Shown: piece after piece, positions 31,201 through 37,632 of the stretch
Numbering within the stretch: the stretch's first letter is position 1
Layout: the number at the start of each line of letters is the position of its first letter
Source: Myxococcota bacterium
Lineage (GTDB): Bacteria > Myxococcota_C > UBA6777
Length of the DNA: 45,792 bases
Reading direction: 5' to 3'
Assembly: GCA_023150835.1 (NCBI GenBank)
Contig: JAKLKB010000040.1
Span: forward strand, 1-45,792
Notes under the pieces: generated by a model
What the model was told of the DNA's origin: nothing
Seen by the model: only the letters and a program-made list of their open reading frames with translations
The model's database searches: none
Translations under genes and position numbers: made by a program

Positions 31201-33839
31201 TATCCGCACTTCCCTTGCTCGGAAGCGGTTTCCCTGACGAACAAAAGCGCCCTCTGTTCTCCCTCGAAGCCTCTGGCTTGCAAGTGCGCTTTGATGGAGA
31301 CGCCATGCTTGGGATGCGCCATCACGAGGCAGGGACCGACCTTTTCAGCAGATTCCAACAGACCCTCGCCCAAACCCCCCTCTCTCCCGCATCAGCCCAC
31401 CACTTACCTTGGCGGCTACTTCAACCCTCCGCCGAGATCGCCCTTCCGCTACTCCCACCCAACCTACACCTCCAAATGCCCACACATCCGTACGCTTTGC
31501 GCAACCACGATCAACTTCGACTTGGTCAACTCAACTTTTGCTATCGCCGACGAGACGAAAGCGACGGTTATCCCGCTCCTTCCGTGATCCCCGCTGCCCT
31601 TGATCTCCAACCTGCGGATCACTTCTCGATCCACTTCTCGGCGACTTCTCATGGATTCCTCCATCCTTCGGGTGATCCCGTGGATCACTTGATCATTGGC
31701 CGCTTGGATCCTCACCAAGATCGCGGCCCACACCTGCCTTCCGCTCTTGGCGAGATCTGGCTCGGCACTCCCTTTCTTGAAGAAGATCATACCTGTATGC
31801 GCCTCTGCCTCAGCGGCTACAGCCCACGACACGCTCTGCTGATCTCCCGAAAAAACGGACAGATCACCCTCCACATCCCTGCCCCCAAAGCCCCCGGTGC
31901 TTATCACGTCGTACTCAACGATACCCCCCAACGCTCCGCCAAAGAGATCCCTCTCCAAACCCCAACACATCTCCACATCAATCATCTGTTCCGCTTGCGC
32001 CTTCAGCCCCTTCCAAACGCCCTTTCCGTTCTCTTTGATGGCTACCTGCTCGCTCATCCCGACGCCCCACACCTCCCCGTCCGCTTCTCTTCCGAAAATC
32101 GACGTGGTGTCATCCACTTGCGCACCGTGCATCCTCCCGATCTCCAACTCCAACCGGACTCCCTTCCTCCGTCATTTCGCGCTGTCGTGTGGCCCACCCC
32201 ACCCGATCACTCTCGCGCATCTCTTCACCCCACAAACCCGGTCCATCCGCCGTCTCCTCGATCACCCCTCCAACCCCACTCCTCGACACTTCCTCCCTCT
32301 TCGACGCAACAAGCCACCACACCCGAGATCGCTGCGATCCAGCGATTCGCCCCCATCAACGGGCCACTTCGACTCCCCGATGGCGAGGAGATCATGCTCG
32401 TCGATCTTTCCACATGGACGCACGACCTCGCCGAGATCGCTCGCCCACCACAAACCGATCGACTGCTTTGGTTCGACGCACACACACCCCACACCGAACT
32501 GCTCTTCCCCCCACAACACACCTCTCCGCTCGCTGCCTCTGCCCTCGACGAAGGCAGCCAATTTGCCTTCGGTACAGAATCCTCCCAAACGACTGACGAT
32601 CTCACGCCTCCCCCATCGCCCGTCTCCTCCGCTCAAGAAGATGACGGCAGCAGCTTCGCTTTCCTTCCCCTGCCGCAACACACCCAACACGCCCCCTCCT
32701 CACAGCCCATCCATCTCGGACCACCTTCGCATCCGTCACATACCGCCGACTTTACCGCTACTTTGCACACTGCCGACGTTACGACATCCTCACACACATC
32801 CCATACCGCCGATCTCGCGGTCCCTTCGTCCCCTTCGCACACCGCCGATTTTACCGCTACTTCCTCTCCTTCACATACCGCTGACTTTACCACCCCTTCA
32901 CAAACTGCCGATATTGCGGTCCCTTCCTCTCCTTCACATACCGCTGACTTTACCGTTCCCTCGCACCCTTCGCAAACTGCCGACTTCGCGGCTCCTTCAC
33001 ATCCTGCACAAACTGCGGGTATTGCGGCTCCTTCACACCCTTCGCACACCGCCGATTTGACCGCCCCCTTAAGCCTTTCGCACGCTGCTGATGTTTCAAT
33101 CCCACCGACAAACGCCCATTCCTCCGAGGCTTCGCCTGCAAACCACACCGAAGCGTCTCGTGCGGTCCCATTGGCTTCGCCCGTTCCTCAAGAAGTCCAA
33201 GCGCGCATCGGGTTTTTTGAAAAGACATCCTACGCCGAGACGTGTTTTGGTTACGCGAGTACACAAGACGGGTGGCAGATCGGGATCTTTGCACGCCAAG
33301 ATCGGATCTTGGCTCAACTTCTCCAAGCTCCTCTGGATGCGGAGGGATGGATGGCGGGGGGATTGGCTGCGATCTGGCGAAATGGAGACATCTTGCCCCT
33401 ACAGCTTCCGCAGTTTTTGGAAGTCGGCGATCTGATCTTGTGCGGTCCTGCGGCTTTTCTTTGCGAAGAAGCTCCGCACCAAGGGCAGATGCGCTTGCGG
33501 CGTCGTTGGCTTTGGCTTCCGCAAGACATACGTTGGACACTCCAAAGCGCATCGTTGCCCGATATCCCGCAGGATGCGTTCGCACTAAGCCACCACACCA
33601 CCGCGTGGTCTCTGCGCATCGAACCCGCGCAGGCTGGACATTTGTTGATCGCGCCCCAAGCAGCGCCCGCACTGCACTGGACCCAAGAGCCGCTCGCTGT
33701 TTCACACGCCCTCGAAGGGATCGAGAGCGCACAACAAGCTCTCCCCCCCCCCTCGACAACTCTTCCCGCTCACCTTTCACCCGCAGCAACGCCGTTTACC
33801 CTCTGCGTGGGTGACTCCAGCCAAGGCAACGCATCATGA
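28206..33839 (+). CDS. 1877-aa cytoplasmic protein with FN3/Ig-like and several degenerate FHA-like segments plus Thr-repeat array
   Basis: Long ORF with AAGGAG RBS; FHA-like pieces LIVGTDPRFADLVIP, LRNHDQLRLGQLNF, LIIGR..SPRHALL..VVLND, LEVGDLILCG; domain calls tentative. Confidence 0.7.
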   Translation: MSWIYPERWSGWSEHARVGGGLFDDPHRFARMVQACWEQYSQQNDLARRTPLTPLPQLRLVFSQDALAQEQWAPCFQSLELWFNPTLNGLALPFALHPPTHDEAALLREPRHFFFHLESPRRQALRCLFLLGEQIIGAIPLGEVQLNGDTRTFTVTRRFGITTKSSDLSRCIDANPIANDLPSAMRDDLRYLGWRLVFRMWGGEEEIQIEDVAATGRLNGGIFQLHDGLRCPLGQALTLYEGHEDGTPRPALRLRMLLVPNDIQPAPPQIVHLQAFAHTSEGHPPQIEFQAWLRNGPLDDQLLTLALLEQGAQFQLQEDGTTEDGALHRYRLLTALPPRLHAGDPLTYRLLGQNRYGLSFSTRPQELTLQQTTRVQFQGPRVVQRRQLEQDWEVRFRLETPVPVGSIDLASLTLWLRADEAPAISIPLAHVQKESLVFRFLPRVIQMQMPLERILQARQLHLWLEQHPDEESSETFPSWRLCLAGNQAQQPRVSLRIVRFDASDHLIASGTETLLPLHGELQIEGFRLQILPSLYDTRQSATSEREIWDLVLCEDEDGPRRVRLTHQGAGWMRVQRLTKNTPPPAHPVRAFWLSCSPEDQIIPHPNERNPEGGPCFAFGLGWGQTQEMAQIRPTQEGFRLARHRTHLVVRTDQTELIVSPYTHPEGILLNQDPQQGWLLVDQVLLHYRCFQEDTWLHADITLLGYLCKRQPSAALLQFSLGETTNLPAILPHLPHIRLASQGPAGRLTFQLPAPMTRRDPDRYLLQEHSTPTLPQPLQWGQRYQRGRFAFSCWRLTPTPSASPQGGTLQHDILLDIRQQTGRKHFALAVVTGRLGYWSEGSAFLQQTGVAAPLFAPDHPRKLPDGLEAPAGELIVGTDPRFADLVIPTFYPTDATVLFSIAYRDAQWWVRPFQAPCLGQSLQFLHDGGLTRSETLWTTPSPLTPEEEPWKWWRCGSALFELSVATHDREEYPNTDAMLSLRGLFCAATDRLMIGGPPRLSALPLLGSGFPDEQKRPLFSLEASGLQVRFDGDAMLGMRHHEAGTDLFSRFQQTLAQTPLSPASAHHLPWRLLQPSAEIALPLLPPNLHLQMPTHPYALRNHDQLRLGQLNFCYRRRDESDGYPAPSVIPAALDLQPADHFSIHFSATSHGFLHPSGDPVDHLIIGRLDPHQDRGPHLPSALGEIWLGTPFLEEDHTCMRLCLSGYSPRHALLISRKNGQITLHIPAPKAPGAYHVVLNDTPQRSAKEIPLQTPTHLHINHLFRLRLQPLPNALSVLFDGYLLAHPDAPHLPVRFSSENRRGVIHLRTVHPPDLQLQPDSLPPSFRAVVWPTPPDHSRASLHPTNPVHPPSPRSPLQPHSSTLPPSSTQQATTPEIAAIQRFAPINGPLRLPDGEEIMLVDLSTWTHDLAEIARPPQTDRLLWFDAHTPHTELLFPPQHTSPLAASALDEGSQFAFGTESSQTTDDLTPPPSPVSSAQEDDGSSFAFLPLPQHTQHAPSSQPIHLGPPSHPSHTADFTATLHTADVTTSSHTSHTADLAVPSSPSHTADFTATSSPSHTADFTTPSQTADIAVPSSPSHTADFTVPSHPSQTADFAAPSHPAQTAGIAAPSHPSHTADLTAPLSLSHAADVSIPPTNAHSSEASPANHTEASRAVPLASPVPQEVQARIGFFEKTSYAETCFGYASTQDGWQIGIFARQDRILAQLLQAPLDAEGWMAGGLAAIWRNGDILPLQLPQFLEVGDLILCGPAAFLCEEAPHQGQMRLRRRWLWLPQDIRWTLQSASLPDIPQDAFALSHHTTAWSLRIEPAQAGHLLIAPQAAPALHWTQEPLAVSHALEGIESAQQALPPPSTTLPAHLSPAATPFTLCVGDSSQGNAS
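32724..33092 (+). repeat. ~11 imperfect repeats of S-H/Q-T-A-D-F/L/I/V
   Basis: Repeated TC.CA.AC.GC.GA. units spaced 27-36 bp. Confidence 0.85.
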
Positions 33840-36800
33840 ACCCACCTTCTTTTTCCATCCACCACGTTGAACTACACATCGACGCGCTTTGTGCATGGCG
33901 CGATCGCTACCGCGAAGTCTACAGCAGCGGCACACAACGCCCACAACTGGGCACGGAGATCTGGTGGGCCGAAGATCACACCGGCCAAGAACGCTGCCTC
34001 AAAGAGTTCATGGCTGCTGATCTCGAAGACTTTGGACGCAAGATCCCCGATCCTGCGTGGGGATTGGGGGGCAAACCTCGCGGCTCACAACGCGGCCTTG
34101 CGCCTCGACGAGCCGCCATCTACGACCAGATCCATCACGGCTCACTCAAACAAGAGATCGCACGCTTCGGACCCAACGCAAACCCCGAGTTTCGCAGCCT
34201 CTTTTGCGTCTCTGCTTTTGAACTCGAATCCTTAATCACCCAATTTGCCCGCTATTATGGATGCACCCAACTCGTCCAAGCCGATCACTGGGGACCGATC
34301 CGCTTAGAAAGCCGCAAAAAAGCTTTTCCTCTGATCGAGATGGAACGCCTTTCTCCGCTTACATTGCCCCACCCGCACGATGCCCTGAGCATCCTCGATC
34401 GCGTGCTGGCGATGATGTCTGCGGTCGTTCAGCTTCACAGTATGCAGATCCCCTTGCGCTGCTATCCTCCTGAACTGGTTCCTGATCTCGATCTTCCCGC
34501 CTCTTGGAACTTTGCGCGTCCCTTTCATTACGATCTCTCCCCCGACCAATTCTTGCTGCGTGCAGGAAACGCCCAAACCACCGACCAAGTCGTCTTGATC
34601 GACTTTGGGGCAGCTCGTATCGATCAAACCGATTTTTCCGAGTTTGCGTGGCGCAGCATCCCGGGAAAAGACTACTATCAGCCCCCCGAACGGCGCGCTC
34701 ATCCTCTTGGGCAGACGCTCGCGTTATCGTATCGCTCCCACCCCGCTTATGATCTGTACGCGCTGCTTGTGATCGCCCTTTTCCTTTTTGCTCGCCAAGA
34801 TCCACACCAAGAAAAGATCCAACAAATCGATTCATGGAACGATACCACCGGCTTTTACGCTTTCTTGTTCCAAGATGACCTCGCCTCCGCACTCCAAGCC
34901 TTCTTTCCCTCTCGCAAGTACATCGATCCGACCCCCTTGATGGCCTTGATGCGTGCTGTCTTTCAAAAAAAGCCCGAACAACGCACCGAATCGCTTCTCG
35001 CTTTACCAGACCTCCGCTGGCCCCACGAACAAGACTGGATGTTGCTCCCCCGTGCAATGGATCTCCTCGCCAAACAATCTATGGGACGCCGTTTTCAGAT
35101 CCAATGGAAACAAAATCCGATCTCCCTCCCACAACACCACGCACCTTTTCCGCTCCACGCCCACCTCGATCCACAACAAACCCGATGGACCCCCGGAAAA
35201 TGGGAAAACGGACGCATCAACCACCCGCTCTATTCACTCGATCAGATCTTCTTCTTCCAAGACGGCGCACTCGGACCCGTCCTTTTTAACGGACACATCC
35301 ACCCTCAAACACCCGGCAAACACACGATCTACGCTTCCTTTGGCGGATGCGTCGACTTCCTCAATCCCCTGATCGTCGAGATCCAGCCCACACCACAACC
35401 ACCCGCACAACAGCCGCAGCTTTCCCCACAACCACCCGCACAACAGCCGCAGCTTTCCCCACAACCACCCGCACAACAGCCGCAGCTTTCCCCACAACCA
35501 CCCGCACAACCCGCACCACAACCCTATCTCTCCCATCATCCCGCCACTTCCGCTACCTCCGCAGCTTCCGCCACTTCCGCTACCATCCCAAGCCCACATG
35601 ATACAATTCTTGATGATCCAGCCGTCTTGCAAGCCGTCTGGGAAGATATCACACGCAGCAAAAGTCTATCGCCTCAAGCAACCCATCCTCTCGAACAAAC
35701 CGACCCCTACGCGGCCTCCGCACAAACGGCTCCGCACTACACTTCTGCGCCTTCGATGCCATCGAGCTTTCACACAACACAACCTCCCTACACAAGATAC
35801 TCGACCTCCAGCCAAGCCGAGCCTTCCGACATCTTTTCTGCCCCCAAAGATCTATCAGGCTCCGCGATCTTTCCTGCCTCCAAAGACCTCGATGATTCGG
35901 GCATCTTTGAATCACCCTATCCCAGAAACGCGCCTGCTTCCGTACCTTACAACACACCTGCTTCAACACCATACAACACACCTGCTTCTGCGCCTTATCA
36001 CCCGCAATCTCCCGCAGGAACACGCATCCATCACCGCGAAGCAGCACAATCCGCCCCGCCTCCATCAGCGCCTGTTGGACGGCCCCACCCCAACGACGCA
36101 GCACAAATCCCTCACAAGGCCCAAAACGACGGAACGGGATTTTATGATCGTGAAGCGGCCCTTGCTTCCCAAGGCTCTTCTCCGCACGCCCTCGCTTCGC
36201 CACCGCCTTCTTCAGCGCATTCGGCACGTCCCGCGTTTGCGGCTTCTCCTCTTCCGACCCCGCGTGCTTGGCAAGCCCCCTCAAGCGTCTCCCCTGAGAT
36301 GCTTTCCGATCCGCCGTGGGTCGCCGATCTAAAGGCTCCCGCCGCAAAGCTCCGTCCACCCGACGCCAACGCGCCTGTTTACCCGCCCTCAGCCCACACA
36401 GACTTCGGCTCGGATCGTTATGTTCGTGCGGATGCCGCCATCGACCAATTGGCCGAACACTCCGCCTCTTCTCGTCCGGATATCTCCGATCCGACCGCCT
36501 CATGGCTCCAAGAGATCCAACGCTGCGATGATCCCGCAAAGCTACTGCGCGATGAAGAAAATGCCCAACGGATGGCCAACGAAGAACTCACGACGCTACT
36601 GTTGATCAATATCCTCTCGCGTCATTGTCAGCTTCTGTGTGATCGCCATCAACTGCGAGCGCGCAGCCAAGAACTCCACCGCCTCGCTCTATTGCGTGAG
36701 CGCACCATGCCCACCCCACACATCGAAGGTCTCTGGCTCAACAACCTTGCGATGCTTTGTTGCCGCCTCGCTCTCTATGAGCGGATCTGGCCGCTGTGGG

Positions 36801-36970
36801 ATGGCCTGCTCGGTATCGATCCGATCAAAGCCCTCGCTGCATGGCTCAAACAACACCAAAACACCACCCCTCCCGAAGCAAGCCCCCGCTTTTGGGAGAT
36901 CCGCGATTGTGTGCGCGATACCCTCGAAACGGGCCTACGCATCCGCCAATCTTTGCGCAAACGCACTTAA
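33836..36970 (+). CDS. Atypical Ser/Thr protein kinase with Ig-like domain, Pro-rich linker and helical C-terminus
   Basis: CLKEF, IEMERL, HYDLSPDQFLL, LIDFGAAR, PGKDYYQPPE, YDLYAL; ATGA overlap with upstream gene. Confidence 0.8.
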   Translation: MNPPSFSIHHVELHIDALCAWRDRYREVYSSGTQRPQLGTEIWWAEDHTGQERCLKEFMAADLEDFGRKIPDPAWGLGGKPRGSQRGLAPRRAAIYDQIHHGSLKQEIARFGPNANPEFRSLFCVSAFELESLITQFARYYGCTQLVQADHWGPIRLESRKKAFPLIEMERLSPLTLPHPHDALSILDRVLAMMSAVVQLHSMQIPLRCYPPELVPDLDLPASWNFARPFHYDLSPDQFLLRAGNAQTTDQVVLIDFGAARIDQTDFSEFAWRSIPGKDYYQPPERRAHPLGQTLALSYRSHPAYDLYALLVIALFLFARQDPHQEKIQQIDSWNDTTGFYAFLFQDDLASALQAFFPSRKYIDPTPLMALMRAVFQKKPEQRTESLLALPDLRWPHEQDWMLLPRAMDLLAKQSMGRRFQIQWKQNPISLPQHHAPFPLHAHLDPQQTRWTPGKWENGRINHPLYSLDQIFFFQDGALGPVLFNGHIHPQTPGKHTIYASFGGCVDFLNPLIVEIQPTPQPPAQQPQLSPQPPAQQPQLSPQPPAQQPQLSPQPPAQPAPQPYLSHHPATSATSAASATSATIPSPHDTILDDPAVLQAVWEDITRSKSLSPQATHPLEQTDPYAASAQTAPHYTSAPSMPSSFHTTQPPYTRYSTSSQAEPSDIFSAPKDLSGSAIFPASKDLDDSGIFESPYPRNAPASVPYNTPASTPYNTPASAPYHPQSPAGTRIHHREAAQSAPPPSAPVGRPHPNDAAQIPHKAQNDGTGFYDREAALASQGSSPHALASPPPSSAHSARPAFAASPLPTPRAWQAPSSVSPEMLSDPPWVADLKAPAAKLRPPDANAPVYPPSAHTDFGSDRYVRADAAIDQLAEHSASSRPDISDPTASWLQEIQRCDDPAKLLRDEENAQRMANEELTTLLLINILSRHCQLLCDRHQLRARSQELHRLALLRERTMPTPHIEGLWLNNLAMLCCRLALYERIWPLWDGLLGIDPIKALAAWLKQHQNTTPPEASPRFWEIRDCVRDTLETGLRIRQSLRKRT
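35393..35510 (+). repeat. 33-bp perfect tandem repeat (PQPPAQQPQLS) x3.5
   Basis: CCACAACCACCCGCACAACAGCCGCAGCTTTCC at 35393, 35426, 35459, partial 35492. Confidence 0.95.
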
Positions 36971-37004
36971 CCACCGACGCAGAGAGCATCCTTGACGCCG
37001 TTCT

Positions 37005-37124
37005 TTCAAGCATATCAACAACGCCGAGACAAAGACGACTATATCGAAGGTTGTCGAAGCATTTGGATACGTTTGTCCAGTATTGTGTTCACCAGAAGAA
37101 CTTGGGGGTTCAGATGAGGAATGA
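37005..37124 (+). pseudogene. C-terminal remnant of a PIN-domain (VapC-like) toxin
   Basis: Hand translation FKHINNAETKTTISKVVEAFGYVCPVLCSPEELGGSDEE* matches the typical PIN tail WNxKHIxNA...GYxxPxICTPEEL; no start or N-terminal part. Confidence 0.7.
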
Positions 37125-37314
37125 TCCGATCGTAGAAGAAGTCCGCAAGTATCGACAAGAGCATGCCGCATCGTTCGGCTATGACCTTGCCAAAATCTGC
37201 CTTGCGTTGCAAGAACAAGAGAGAACATCCAGTCGCCCTGTCGTCAATCGCTCTCCTCGTTTGCTGCCAAAGAAAAACGCCACCGAATCTTTTGTTGCAA
37301 ACCAGCAGTCCTAA
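37114..37314 (+). CDS. Small (66 aa) antitoxin-like partner of PIN toxin
   Basis: MRNDPIVEEVRKYRQEHAASFGYDLAKI..., family usually overlapping the 3' end of such PIN genes. Confidence 0.7.
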   Translation: MRNDPIVEEVRKYRQEHAASFGYDLAKICLALQEQERTSSRPVVNRSPRLLPKKNATESFVANQQS

Positions 37315-37632
37315 CGTCAACGACCGATCGTCACCCTCTCTGCTGGTGCTGGAATTTGCCAGCGGATTATCACCGAGTCCTCTAGAGAAAGTGCTTGCTG
37401 ACGCTGACGCCGTCGTGCTCGCAAAAATCGTCGAAAACAAAGTGACTGGTGTTCAAACCAAACCAAAAAAAGAAACCGACGCGATCGCCTCCAAAGCCTC
37501 GCAAAGCCCCGTTGACAGGGAAGCCAAATATGGCGAAAGATGCTTGGTTCTTGCCCCTCTGCGTTGCATTGCATCCAAGCGCACACTATCCACCACGCAC
37601 ACGAACCAACGCTCACCGAGAGGAGTCTTGCG

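Noticed and set aside
37305-37530. Integron attC site / cassette after the small antitoxin-like gene
   Set aside because: Stop lies in CCTAAC but no matching GTTRRRY with complementary arms found; no integrase
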